Positions 13,541-27,230 of a stretch of DNA of 64,000 bases are shown one piece after another. This DNA comes from Octopus vulgaris (taxonomy: Eukaryota), in assembly GCA_951406725.2 (NCBI GenBank), contig OX597814.1:179180001-179244000 (forward strand), read 5' to 3'. The translations under genes were made by a program, and so were the position numbers. Below the pieces are notes generated by a model. It was not told the origin of the DNA, searched no databases, and saw only the letters and a program-made list of their open reading frames with translations. Every line of letters begins with the position of its first letter. Position 1 is the stretch's first letter.

Positions 13541-13909
13541 TGTGCAGGGAAAAAGATAGGTGGTCTGCATAACGTCCCTTGAATTCTCCCTCAAATAACC
13601 CGATTTAATTCTTCATTTCAATTTATTTGTGATGGAGTATAGCTGTAACTTCAACCCCGTGTGTCTGTGTTGAAACTTCGTTCAAAGAATTACAATGTAT
13701 GAGCAACTGAATAAGTTTGAATAAAACATTATGAGAATGCAAGTCAGGGCTAGAACAATAAAATATGGCGTTGCCTACAAATAGTAATGATGTAGAAATG
13801 TCAAAAATTCCGTGGAATAGATAGATAGACATATAGATATGAATATATATGTATGCACATATGCATAAGGATCCATATATATGTGTGTGTGTGTAATCTT
13901 CTCTCTCTT

Positions 13910-13956
<47 letters not shown>

Positions 13957-14747
13957 ATATGAAGTATAAATACACTAAACGTGTCCACTGCCCTCTGTAA
14001 TGTGGGAGATTGGCAATTAGGTCCTAAATTTTATTCCATTACATAAGAAACTCTTTCAAAGGAATTAGGAGGAGCAGGTATTTTATAAAACTGAGAAAAG
14101 TGTTTTTTTTCCTTAATATAGTGTAACTATTGAATTATGAAAGAATTTTAAAAAATATGACAAATGAAGGAAAACTAATGAAAACGATATGCTTATTACA
14201 ATGTAAGTTGTGAGAAAAGCGAACTTGATAGTTATTTAGTGAACGACTTTGCATTCGCTTCCCAAAATTTGCATCATTTGCCAAATATGTGCATTTTTTG
14301 TTTCCATGTACACATTTATTAGCTGTAGGTTTACTTGAAACGTGAGATTTCAAAGGTTAGAAATGGTGTTAATAACGTCATAAATTAAAGAATTATATAT
14401 TCAATGCATTGAAATTATGCAACATTTTTCTTATAATGACATTCGGAATTTTAAATGTTACATTAAAAATATACCCAATACATTTAAATATTAGTTGCAT
14501 TAATGTTGCTATGGAGAATAAATGTGATAAATAAACCTTATAATGTAAGATGTACGACTGTCTTGGTAACTACCTTTTCAATCAACACACTTACAATAAT
14601 TATTATTATAATGTGATTTTTATTTTCATAATGTTCACACTAGCTTCACAATCGTTAAATGATATCGAAAACGTTTCCAATATGTTTTGTTACTAGTCGA
14701 CCCTTCACATGCGTTGCGATACAATGATGGTAATATGCACATTTCAA

Positions 14748-14888
14748 TGAGTTCAAATTCCGCCGAGGGTGTCTTTGCCTTTCGCCCTTTCGGGATAGAT
14801 AAAGTAAATACCAGATAAGCATCAGGGTTGTTGCAATCGACTAAAACCCTCCTCCCAAAATTGCAGGCATTGTGCCAAATTTTGAAAT
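14748..14888 (+). mobile_element. SINE family A 3' fragment (alternative-tail subfamily)
   Basis: GAGTTCAAATTCCGCCGAGG..CTTTGCCTTTC..TTGTGCCAAATTTTGAAA. Confidence 0.75.
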
Positions 14889-16565
14889 TAACTTATACAA
14901 ACAGTCGACTGTATGTATGAAAGCTTTTTGGATTCGCCGTTATTGTATGGTGATATTTTGCTTCCCTTTACTCTTCTGTAGTCGACTACACAATTTCTTT
15001 AGTTGTTGCAATGAGATATGTGTTTGATTATTATTGCAATTTGTTTTATTTACTTGAGGTATGTTATTTTATTCGAGGCAAATTATTTTATTCATTTAAG
15101 GCATGTACTTGTTCTATCCTTATTATAATCGAAAGTAATCAGGCAATTATTTCCGGCATTTGTGATATCATCCACTACGTACACCCAAAAAATAGTTCAA
15201 AATAAATAGCTTAGAATTTTAAAATATTATGCAGACGAATACTGCACCAAACTACATTTTACTACAACGAGCCTGGCAGAAAATGAATAATGTGAAAAAG
15301 TTGTATATACTGGAAATAGAACTATAAAACTTCTAATAACAGTAAAAACAGAAAGTCCAGTATAGACGGATGCAATACATCTTAAACAGATCGATAACAA
15401 CCTAAATTTCTCAAAACGTTTTTCTAACTATTCATCACCAATTTCTACTTCTTCCTTTAGTAGAATATAGTATTTCATGAGGATAGAGCTAAACTGTCTA
15501 CAATTGGTATGCCCATCTAAACTAAAATCTTAAAGTAATGGCCTCTTCAAAAACCAAATGTGAAAAACAAAACAATCACTATTCAAATCAAGTGCAAATG
15601 GAATTGGAGCAATTAAGTATATTTCTGCTTTCTTCAAAATTTCTAGAGAATAACATGGAAAATACATATCTGAGAAGTCAAGAAGAATATGTATAGATTT
15701 ACTTCAAATCAATTCAACGTGCATATTAACGCATTTCTTAATATCAACTGACGACGAGACACTTATAGATCAGCTTTGAAATATATATGCAGTACGTGAT
15801 AAAAAGCGTTTCGTCAATAGAAGCTTTTACCATCGCTGCAGAAAAACTGGGGATTTTGCACAGTAAAAACAAACAGTATGTTACTGGTAAAAACCATACC
15901 ATAAATACAGTCTAGGAATGCATGGCAGAATAAAGGGTCTGACGGCATTGTGAAATTCTTGGGAATATTTTATAATTGGAAGTTATTATAATGACTTAAT
16001 AATATTGTAATTAAATTTTGAGATAAAACACATATGCATTATTCATATTTCCTTTTCAAATTAGTAACCCATTTTTCTTTTTAATTTACCCCCTGCAACG
16101 TTTGCACGTTTAATTAATTACCCATGCCAAATTTGATATAATCTATATTGAAACAATTACATTATGTAAAGCATATTTAAAATCCCTCAAAACATAACAA
16201 CCTTTATTATCCATTAACTTTTGTATTCAATATATGATTCTAATTCTATAGTTATCGACTGCAACTATATTTTTTGTCATTTAAGTCTCACATTATAAAT
16301 TACAAAGCGGAAGTAGCTAATATAGAAACTTTGGAAGCTTAAATAGTTATCAGAACATCGGGAAAAATGCTGTATTAGGTTTTTTTCCGACTCATTATGA
16401 TTTTGTGTTATTTTTTTAATGCAAAGTAGGATAATTTTCTAGTTTTATATTAGGTATATGTTGTTGTGACTAACGCTGAATCACATCGAAACGCCATCGA
16501 ATTTTTTCATAAAAATTTTCATGTGAGTTTATAGCAGAGATTTATAACAAGTTAAACATTAATAA

Positions 16566-18703
16566 CACTGGTCAACAGCCGATTTTCATCAGGGATATTA
16601 TACGGTGTTTTATATGTAGTTTTGTCCGCAGATTTAGAAAATGTAATCTGTTTCCTTCTATCAGGCACAGTTTTTCTGATGAGATAAGGGAGGTATATAA
16701 CTCCCATCAGCAGTATCACTACACGTAAACGTCTTATACAGGTAAATTCTGACTATGTCAAGGCATTCCAAAAACAGTCCTGATATATTTTGTCATGTGG
16801 GTGGTTCATTTACCATCAAAGCTCAGCGACGTGCCATCAAAAGGAAAATCAAGAAGATCTGCCAGTTATATTTTGGCTGCTCTCTCGGGGAAGAAGATAA
16901 GAGTTGGGCCCCGCACATCATCTGCTCAGTTTGTTCAAATGGACAAAGGGTTTGGCTAAATAAGGGGAATAGAGCAATGCCGTTTGCAATACCTATGATA
17001 TGGAGAGAGCCAAAGGATCATTTCTTGGACTGTTATTTGTGCAACGTTAATGTATGTGGGATTACTGTAAAGACCAATCATAAGATTGTGCATCCCAACT
17101 TGGAATCAGCAAGAAGACCAGTACCACACAACGATGATGATCTTGCTATTCCAATACCACCAGAAAATTGCCTTCAGATGTCTGACAAAGTTGTATTTCC
17201 TGAAGAAAAGATTACTGCTGTCGAAGACACCGAAGTGGGTGCATAATTCACGATTGAAAATGAAGACGTACCACAGAAATTTTCTCAAGGAGAGTTAAAT
17301 GATTTAGTTACAGACTTTTCATTGTCGAAGGATAAAGCTGAACTATTGGCCTACAAGAAAAGTGTCTGCTTAAGAAAGATGTTTGTATTACTCATTTCAG
17401 GAAGAGAAATAGGGGTCTGACTTCATGCTTCTCTGTTGATGGCCCACTTTGTTTCAGTAATAACACTGAGGAGTTATTTAGCTGTTTGTTCCAAGAGCAT
17501 GTTCCAGCTGAATGGCGCTTATTTACTGATTCATCTAAGAGAAGCCTTAAAGCAGTACTACTACACAATGGCAGTAAGAAACCATCCAATCCCATAGGAC
17601 ACTCAGTGTACATGAAGGAGTGTTATGAATACATGCATGTACTCCTAAATGCCATAAAGTATACAAACTACAGCTGGAAAATTTGTGGAGACTTGGAGGT
17701 GATTGGAATGTTGATGGGAATGCAATCCGTGTTCACCAAATATTGTTGCTTTTTATGCCTATAGGACAATCGTGCAACTAACAAGCACTATGTGCAATCA
17801 GAGTGGCCTTTGCGAAAATCATATGAGTTTCTAGCGTCCAGAGTAAGCCACTTTTAAACCCATAAAATGTTCTTCTTCCCCCTCTTCACATAAAGTTCGG
17901 CCTCATGAAACAATTCGTGGAGACACTTGCCAGGAAAAGCTCAAAAGGTCTTGAATATGTGAAGGCTAAATGTCCAAAAATCCCCGAGGCAAAACTGAAG
18001 GAGGGCGTATTCATAGGTCTGCAGATAAAAGAACTCCTGAAGGACAACCACTTCCTCACAGAACTGGATGAGATTGAGCTTAAAGCCTGGGAATCCTTCA
18101 AATGGCTCTGTGAGAATTTCCCAGGCAACAAGAGATCTCTAGAATTTAGAAATAGAGTAAAATCTCTTCTAGACTCCTACGCTGCAATGGACTGTTGGAT
18201 GTCGCTAAAAGTCCATTTCCTTGATTCACATCTGGACTTTGTTGCAGAATACCTAGGAGCAGTGTCCGATGACAAGGGGAACGCTTTCATCAAGATATTG
18301 CATCGATGGAACAACGTTATCAAGGATTTGGGAATGCAGGAATGTTAGCTGACTACTGTTGGATGTTATACAGGGATGAACCTGAGACAAAACACCATAG
18401 AAAGTCCAAATCACAAAGTTTTTAAGCTGTTATGCATTTAAGTGTATTCTAACTTATTTGTACACAATAATTTTAATTTTGTACAATAAAAAGCCATGAA
18501 ATTATCGTATCTTGTATTCAATATACTTTATATAGACATGCTTTACGTATCCTATAAGGGAAAACAGCGGGTATCATTAGCACGCAAATGTGACCTGATA
18601 GAGGACGTCGGACTTAAGATTTGTAATCAGCATCAAAAGTTAACACAGAAAAGTCAATCAGCAACTCTGATGATTAAAAAAAGTTTCATTTTGTTGACCA
18701 GTG
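16566..18703 (+). mobile_element. Chapaev3-type (CMC superfamily) DNA transposon, near full length
   Basis: Perfect 12-bp TIR CACTGGTCAACA / TGTTGACCAGTG. 3-bp TAA TSD at 16563-16565 and 18704-18706. Length 2138 bp, with an internal transposase. Confidence 0.88.
16755..18425 (+). pseudogene. Chapaev3 transposase pseudogene (split by frameshifts and stops)
   Basis: Motifs DKSWAPHIIC..C, MPFAIPMIWREP.DH..DCY.C, WRLFTDSSKRSLKAVLLHNG, WKICGDL, EAKLKEGVFIG, MSLKVHFLDSHLDF across ORFs 16755, 17486 and 17905. Confidence 0.85.
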
Positions 18704-19967
18704 TAATTTTATATATTCCAAATATTGTAGCACATAAAAATTCAATTCCTAACCAAAACCTTAATAGTTACTTGAGCAATCACAACCTGAAGCAATATTT
18801 AGCGTATGTGAACATTCCAGAAGGTATTCACTGTAACAAGAGATTTCGTTCGCATCGAACAATTTTCAATTATATTTGTGAAAGGGGAATAATTTCAAAG
18901 CTTACATTTAAACATTATATAATACGAGCGTAGCAATATTTATAAGAAGAAATGTTACCCGATAATTTACTATACAAGTAATCTTTTATAAAGCAATTTT
19001 CTACCTTTTGTTTAAGAGAAATAAATGTAAACCGGTAACCTTGCATATAATAGTATTCATTCGAATACTATTCATTCGAAACTTGCACAAACCGTATGTG
19101 TGTCAATCGCAGATATTCTTTTCGAAGTGCAAATAAGTATACTTTGTTATCATTTGAAATAAGACTAAAAGTCATTACCAGGTTTATCCTTGATGTATGC
19201 AAGTACGCATAAATTGATATGCCATGGAGTTTTATCCATATTTCAGCGATTTTAAAAGTGATGATTCCTCTAATAATTAGATTAATATTGCAGAAATATA
19301 AATATAAAAATGTGTTTAAAGCCTTAGGTGGGATTCAAAGAAATTGCCTTTAGTAGAATATCTAATATTTTAGTTGGAAAGCAAAATGGGCTTTATCAGT
19401 CATATAGATTTTAATGTGAACGTTTATAGTCACTTTTCTAATCAAAATGTTTAAATCTAAGTTGCATGTAAATGTGTGTATCCACGACCAATGTGTATAT
19501 AAGTGTATGTGTGCTTATGTGTTCGCGCATTCTTGTGTGTTTATATGTGTGTGTTCGTGTGTGTATGTGTATATCAATAGATGTGTGATATATAGATTAA
19601 AATTATATTCATATTTTCCATTAAAAAATAGTTACTTTTTAAAATTTTTACTATCAAGTTTGGTAATCCTTAAGAGATTACGAGCGAAATTGAATCTATT
19701 GTAATTTTTTTATGTGCGTACTATATTTCTTTAAGTGCAGATGTTAATAATAATTGCGTTAGGAATTTTAAGCGAACATTGCCGTTCAATATTTATAATT
19801 ATGTAATGAAACGAGTTCTGAATGCGTTCCTAAATACATTATTTCTTTGGAAATATTCCGGTGGAAAATAAATAGCATTTCAGTATGTAAGATGATGCTG
19901 TTTGCAAAATTTAATAGGAATGATAAATACAGAGAACCAGATCAGGTAGATATATACATATAGATAT

Positions 19968-21089
19968 CAGGATTTATCTTTAAAGTTCCACCAAATGCTG
20001 TAAGGAAGTGGTGCATTATTAAATGCCAAAGACGTGAAGCTATAAAGCAACATGGAGATTAGAAGATAAGTATTTGTGCTTATGAATGAAGTGGTCGATG
20101 CTTTTAAGTTCATACATATCACACTGCATGATGATGTCCTCCTACTCCATTTCATCTCATGTAACATGTGATTTGTGATTTTCAGAGTCACGGAAGCATA
20201 GATCTGTTGTCGCAATAATTAAGGTAGCCATGATTTCGATCAGTTTTATTTAAACCCCTGTGTGTTCGAGCTAAATCTGGCGATATTTTGTCTCTTTTTT
20301 TCTTCAGAAACGGCTTGATGTATTGATGAACAGTCACTGGCGCTCGAGGACATAAAGACTAAGGTTATACTTGAGAAAAAGAAATCTGACATGGTGAACC
20401 GGAAGCATTCTCAATATTGGAAAACTGTTACATGTATAATAATGATTCGCGTCGGGTATCCCAATGTTGATATCATGTCCGCTGCTCAATGTTCTGCGAA
20501 CATCATAAAATCTGTAAGACATGGTATGGTCTGCTGCTGCGGAGGCTTACAACCCATGGCCAGCAGGAGCGTCATGGTGTTTGTGATTATCACCAGTGAT
20601 GGTGTTATCATGCAGCCTACATCTTTGAACAGAGTCTTAGGCACAATTCAGACGTCTATGTAAAGTTACTAGAGACTGTGGTCAGACCCTGGCTCGAGTG
20701 GATTGCAGGTTGGATGCCATATGGGAAGCATCAGACCTCTGGAAAGAGTAAGAAGCGGTAATCTAGGAATTTCAACGACTTCACAAACTCTGATTCCTGT
20801 TGCAAAAGACATTAGCTACTGTACTTGCAACATCAAAGGCCGAGATGGTAGCGAAAAGCAAGTAGGTATTCCAAAGTCTTTCCAGGACATGGTGAGTAGT
20901 ACATGCGCCAGGTTCCAGCGGAGCTGCCTTGAGGTTATGATTGAAGAAACCTACTCTGATTAAACAGTTATCTCCCAGCCATATTCTAACTGAAATGTTT
21001 TCATTTTTTAAAATATCTATGTATTTGGATGGGATATGGTGGTTTATATGCCTTTCATGCAAACTATTAAATTTACCCTCAAATCCCTG
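19968..21089 (+). mobile_element. Heavily decayed Tc1/mariner element (maT/DD37D-like)
   Basis: Remnants SVMVF.II.SDG.IM.P and Y.KLLETVVRPW. CAGG..CCTG-type ends match only weakly, so boundaries are approximate. Confidence 0.55.
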
Positions 21090-21126
21090 TCACTTATATA
21101 CCTATCATAAACAGGCCGAAACATAT

Positions 21127-21166
<40 letters not shown>

Positions 21167-21200
21167 TATATATGCGTATACATATAAATGTATGTATATG

Positions 21201-21243
<43 letters not shown>

Positions 21244-21475
21244 GTATCTATGTGTGTATTTTATATATGTATATATGTATGTATGCAAATAATTCAGCAG
21301 AAAATATTTGCGAAGATACCATCAAAACTATTATAATCTAGACTAAAATAATTAAATTGATAATAATAGAATTAATAATATAGGTGAATGCAGGCCCAAA
21401 AAGGCATTAAATAGCTAAAGAATTAAAATTTATTTATAATTTTTATATATATATATTCTATGCATATCATCTAAA

Positions 21476-21697
21476 AGGCGGCGAACTGGCAGAAACGTTA
21501 GCACGCCGGGCGAAATGTTTAGCGGTGTTTCGTCTGCCATTACGTTCTGAGTTCAACTTCCGCCGAGGTCGGCTTTGCCTTTCGTTCTGCCTGCGTCGAT
21601 TAAATAGGTGCCAGTTACGCACTGGGTCGATGTAATCGACTTTGTCTGTCCTTGTTTGACTCTCTATGTTTAGCCCCCTGTGGGCAATAAAGAAATA
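21476..21697 (+). mobile_element. SINE family A, near full length
   Basis: Collinear with 661-893, including the tail TTAGCCCC.TGTGGGCAATAAAGAAATA. Confidence 0.9.
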
Positions 21698-22873
21698 AAT
21701 ATATATGCACATATATATGTGTGTGTATATTTGACATTTGACAGACCAACTGTATATTTCATGTCTGGCTGAAAGCATTTCTCAACTTTACACAATATAT
21801 TGTGTCCTACATCAGATATTGTTTGCACTTTGTAGACTCTTACATTACGATACACACAAAATCACGCATCTGTTTATTTCTATAGAATTATTCTGAGTGG
21901 GAGACAGAAAATATGCATTACTTGTTTGTAACTTGGCCGTGCCAGTTCCTACACACATATGTTCGAGACAGTGTACGAATGTTCTTACGTAAACTGGTAT
22001 AGTTACCCATCTGAGCTAAATAATATGCCATTCTGTAGACATAATACCAACACAGTCTTCTTACTGGGTCATAGTGTTCCTCTAGTGTTTATTTTAGAGT
22101 TTGTTATTACACTATAGAAATAAGTGTCTGTTTCAGTGCTGCTGTTCCAGTGTGCATTGCATTTTTAAATAATACTGAAAGCTATCCCGCCTTAAAAAAG
22201 GTTCCGTTTGTTTCACACGCGGTCTTTCTTGGCAACTCTTAGGCTTTAGTGAATTTTAACTTTACAGTAAACTTATGAGTGTATGCCTTACTTTTCAACC
22301 ATTTTCACAGGAGTCACTATCAAAAAAGTGAAAGATTATCTATTAACTCATACATCATCTATTAAATAGATTTTCCTGATTTTATATGTTTGATTTTTAA
22401 CCTATATCATCTGAATATTTTCTTAACTCTATTAATTATTATCACCTCTATGTCTCTGTACTTCCCATTCTTTGTCTGACTTTGTTTCTCTATCTATGGT
22501 GCTTCAGTGTGCGGCTGATTTCGAATATGTTTGTATGCATGCTTGGAAGTGTGTGTCTGCGTACATGTGTCTATTTAGCATACAGCTTTACAGACAAATG
22601 CTGTCGTGCACAAGTATATTCAATGAAACATTTTTAGACTATGTATTATTATGAAGTTCACTTAGGAACTACTTAAATTCGTTTTTTATTCAGCACTTAG
22701 AGAAAGTGTCTTCTAACATGCGTTCGTTATCATCGGGTCAATTTGAATCTAAGCATTCTAGACATGTCATTAGTCTGATGATACCTATATTTGTTCCTCC
22801 CATGCTCCTGAATATGGTCGTGAATTTGCACTTATCACAAGCTAAATCTTTAAAAAGTCTTTAACATTTCAAA

Positions 22874-22974
22874 TTGCCTTATTCTAGAACTCATAATATC
22901 GATACACAACAGAGCCTTATCCTAGAACTCTTAGTTGCCTTATTCTAGAACTCATGATATCGGTACACGACAGA
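22874..22974. repeat. Short local tandem duplication
   Basis: GCCTTATYCTAGAACTC occurs three times. TTGCCTTATTCTAGAACTCATRATATCGRTACACRACAGA occurs twice, 61 bp apart. Confidence 0.8.
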
Positions 22975-23730
22975 ATCAGTCGCTAGATTATACTACTCAA
23001 CGGAGTGTTATACCAAGATATGGAATCAATATATAGTGATAGAATAAGGAAAACATTCTACAATATATAATTGTGTCAAATAAGTTTAAGGTAGTTTTGA
23101 GATGTATCGTTTTTATTCGACATCAACTCCAATTTTGGACTCCCAAACCTTAGATGATTATAACACAATATTTCGCAATATAAGCTCATTACGCATTATT
23201 AAAACTATTAACTTTCCTAAAAACAACAAATGTAAACGTGAATTTCGATGCCCATTTATCTATATGTTACCCATTTGTTTAGCCGTTCCTCATTTATACA
23301 TTACTAAAATGATTACACCATATTATCCAATCTCTCAACAGGTATTTCTATTCTAACAAAACCAATATAAGTTTTTTAACTAATACTAACATCGCGTATA
23401 TGAAACAACTGTTGCAATGGTTGGGCAACTCATTTCCTAACACCAGCAACTCAATCGCATTCAATAATGTTTTTCAAACCATAATCCAACGAGGCAACCT
23501 TTAAGTGGTGCTCGAATAGGTAGAAATAATCCTAAATTTGCAGGCTCCCTTCGGAAAGGAACAGATAGTTAGAATAATGCACTTGAAATAACGAGATGGT
23601 CTATTCACGAATTCCTTTCATCAAAGGTCTGCTTCATGAGGGCTGCATTGTCCGTTGCTCAACTTCCCTCATTACAAAGTAAGCGGATTTAATATATTTT
23701 TCATAAATATATATTAAAATGGAAGCTTGA

Positions 23731-23783
<53 letters not shown>

Positions 23784-23821
23784 CATTAGTATTATTATTA
23801 TTGCTATTATTATTATTATTA

Positions 23822-23855
<34 letters not shown>

Positions 23856-23883
23856 CATCATTATTATTATTATTATTATTATT

Positions 23884-23979
<96 letters not shown>

Positions 23980-24030
23980 ATGACGAAGAAGAAGAAGAAA
24001 AACAACAACAATAATAATAGTAATAGTAAT
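23731..24030. repeat. Compound microsatellite (ATT)n-(AAT)n-(AAG)n-(AAC)n
   Basis: Directly visible. The repeat switches strand at 23886/23887. Confidence 0.95.
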
Positions 24031-24819
24031 AATATATTAGCTGCTGTTTAATTAAATTATCAAATTGTTCTAATTATATCTTTATCTAATCAGCAGATGA
24101 TGTAATATATCACATACATCTAAGGGCTAAATTTATAGTAATCAGATTTCGTCTATTTAATAATCTCCATAAAGTTAAGAGAATAGGGCAAATGATTAGT
24201 TGAATAATGCCTCACATATTTTTTCTAAAATTTTGAAAGGGAAAATTAAGTTATCGATATTAACCGTCAAGTCAAAAGAGATATGAATAATTAGTCTTTC
24301 ATACAAATCTAACTTGTAAGCGAGAATATATCTTCTAGCATGTCTGCCCTCGTGTGAAGAATCTCACATGAAAAACTACCAAGAGCTGGAATGGGATATC
24401 CGTAATTTAAATGTAACCGAAGATTCTTCCCAAGAGGCGATTTCTAAATGCTTGCCACAATGATCTGAAACAATGTCAGTGATACATTTCTGATTGCTCT
24501 TTCAGAAATATGACATGTTTCTATTGAATTGATTGTAATTTTAACATTATGATTAAGCTACAAATTTTCCTGAACTTTGAAGTTCAGCAAACACCGTGAA
24601 CTTCAAAGAATTATACTTTGTTTTTGCTATTTCGTTATTCAGAAGCGATAGTGGGGTACTTAGTCTCATTATTTTCATTATTTAATAGTGGATAAATATG
24701 TTCGATTAATTCACTTTCGCCAATATACGAACGCTGGCTGATATCAAAATTCTCTAGACAGCAGAATCTGATACAACAGGTTGTTGTAAGCGCTGGCAAA
24801 AGTTATGTAACAAAGCTCA

Positions 24820-25380
24820 TTCATTTGTATGTATGAAGCTGGTGTTTCGTGAATGTTTTGTCGCTTGGGTTGTGTTGTGTTGTTGTCGGCTGGTTGAGCT
24901 GATAAATCAAAATACTTTCTTCGGCTGCGTTAAAAAGTAACTGAACAACACCCGCGAACATTTAACACGAGATCTTATAATTGCACCTACACAAACAACA
25001 ACAGCAATGATTACGTACTGAAAAACATGTATTGCTTGAGGTATACAGAAAGCCACTACTGCGGCAATATGCTGCTTGACCAACACAGTTGGAAACAATT
25101 TTGCTATATTCGTCGCGACGAAATTTCTTGGTCATCTGTCTGTGCAGTCAATGTGGGCCATCTGCTGTGGAAAGAATGTGGACACATATCGCACGACTGC
25201 CTTAACCTTTTTCAATTAATTATCTCCAAAAGCAGCTTTTTGTAGGGTACAAAAAGATTCTAGAAGACTGCATTTCCTCATGTCTTCACGCTACTCAGTT
25301 GCTTAGTAGATCGATCCAGTGGAACTCGTGTTGCCTGACCACGAATCCAGGGATTCGTTTGGGAATCCCAGCTACAGCAC
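24820..25380. repeat. Diverged direct duplicate, copy 1 (unknown nature)
   Basis: Collinear blocks shared with 26590-27230: 24935-24961 vs 26749-26775 (26/27 identical) and 25200-25233 vs 27032-27065 (30/34 identical). Confidence 0.8.
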
Positions 25381-26589
25381 TCTCATTAGTGAATGTAATA
25401 AGAACGGAACAATAAAAAAAAGAATTAAAAATGAAGAAAGAACAGTGCATGTAGACTTGAGTAAAGTCTAAATTTTAAAACTAACTGGCAATACAGACAA
25501 GAAGGCAAGTATTGAAATACAAACTACAAAACAAAGTGAAAGCAAATAAAACATTATCCGTATTCAGAGTTCGTGAGTACTAAATCCCTTTGAAATGCGA
25601 AACACATGCAAATAGAGAAAACAGCTCTTAGAAATGTAAATTATAAGAACAGTAAGTATTATAAATACAGAGACGGTCTATAATCGCCAGGAAATATGGA
25701 ACGCCATGTAGTATGCATGCGTTTATGAAAATGACTACAAATGAAGTCTGCAGAAAAGTTGGACATGTCTGTTGCATGTATATAAATGTGTTTGTGAACG
25801 AATGGTGTTTGCAGGGCTAGACAATTTCTTCAAATTTTAAACAATTATGAATTCGAAGGTAAACATAAAAATATACACAGAACAAGTTATTGGGAGTCTC
25901 TATGGCAAAATCATGTGTTCAAAACAGTTTCGTTGCAATTCGCAATGCGAAATACAACTTTCTGGTCCATGTTCACTGCTATTTTTGCTGAAAAAAATGT
26001 TCCAGCGCCTGTCATGTCATATACCATCAGTAAACTTTGGTGTAGGTAATCAAGGTGTTTGCTGAGTATGGCTGCTGAGTTTCCACATTGAAGTAGTTAA
26101 TAGGAAAAGACAAAGTTGAATGCCTTGAATGAACTAATTGTAAACATGTTTCGGCCATGAGAGTTGAGCGTACAAAATAACAAGGCAAATGACATTGCGC
26201 GTCTGTCAAAAGTTAAAGTCTCTCTTCGGTCTTCGTACCAAAATTCGCCAGTTCAAATGAAATGGAAGACATGTAAGTAAGATGATAAGCTTCTTCGATA
26301 GGAATATTTCAAGAGTAAATACCCACAATACCATGTGAAGCTGTTATTTTGTTTTTATCTTAGGAACAGAAATTCGTTGAAACCATGCAAATGGAAGGAT
26401 ATAAAAGGATTGAATACTTACCGTTATAGCGAACTTGTAGAAGTTCAAGATCATCTTCATCCCGGATCACATTCAAGAGAAGAGTTTGCAAGGTAGACGT
26501 AACTGCTATCTCAAGCAAAACAAAAGATACGCCTAAGCTAACAGTGTTCTCAACGTCATAGCTTGCGGAGGTAGGATTTGCGGTAGTAA

Positions 26590-27230
26590 GAATTTGTATG
26601 TGTGACGATCATTGCAACTTTTGCTTTTCTCGACACAATGTTAGTCGTGGAACATCAATATTGCTTTGGTTATTGTGGTGTTGTGGCCAGGTCTGTGGTA
26701 AGGACTGATTGAGTTGATCAATGAAAATTAGGGAGGGACTGCGTGAAGAAGTAACTGAACAACACTCGCGAACATCTTACAGAAGATTTTTATTATTGCA
26801 CATAGTCAAATTACGTTTGTCTTCTACAAACAGCAAGAGCAGTAATTATATACTGGGGAGATATACTGCTTGGAGTGTGGAGAAAGTTTCAACTGAAGCA
26901 TCATGCGGCTTGTCCATCATAATTAGAATCAATTGTACTATATTCGTCTCCACAGTGATTCTTGGTCATCGGTCTACGCCGTCTGTGCGGGCTGTCTGGT
27001 GTGGCAAGATTGGAAGCATATGACATAGTTACCTTAACCTTCTGCAATTAATTACCGCCAAAAGCCGCATTTTATAGAACACAAGAGTAAGATTCTAAAA
27101 GCTTGAATCATGAGATGGCTTGATGCTGATCGGTTGTTGAATAGACCGGTCACATGAAGCTCTTGTGATTTGCTCATAATGCCTAATCGCGTATCCATGG
27201 GTTTGTTTTCAAATCTCCGCTACCGTTTCA
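26590..27230. repeat. Diverged direct duplicate, copy 2 (unknown nature)
   Basis: See copy 1. Offset about 1.8 kb. Confidence 0.8.

Noticed and set aside
16677-16690. Isolated CTGATGA heptamers (also near 10463, 18668 and 22775)
   Set aside because: No properly placed GAAA or stems, so these are not hammerheads.
18496-18933. 145-aa ORF
   Set aside because: It runs across the transposon's right TIR into flanking DNA and has no recognisable motif, so it is a chance ORF.
22874-22974. CRISPR-like repeat-spacer appearance
   Set aside because: The spacers are themselves duplicated and irregular, there are no cas genes, and the context is eukaryotic.
23634-24011. Poly-Leu/Ile/Phe/Arg, YIYI, LSIY and ERER ORFs here and at 4.7, 7.1, 21.1, 39.9-40.7, 46.6, 50.4, 56.4, 57.5 and 63.2 kb
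   Set aside because: These are translations of stop-free microsatellites, not genes.
26861-26925. YCLECGESF resembling a C2H2 zinc finger
   Set aside because: There is an in-frame stop, the His spacing is wrong, and the second Cys is not conserved in the duplicate copy.
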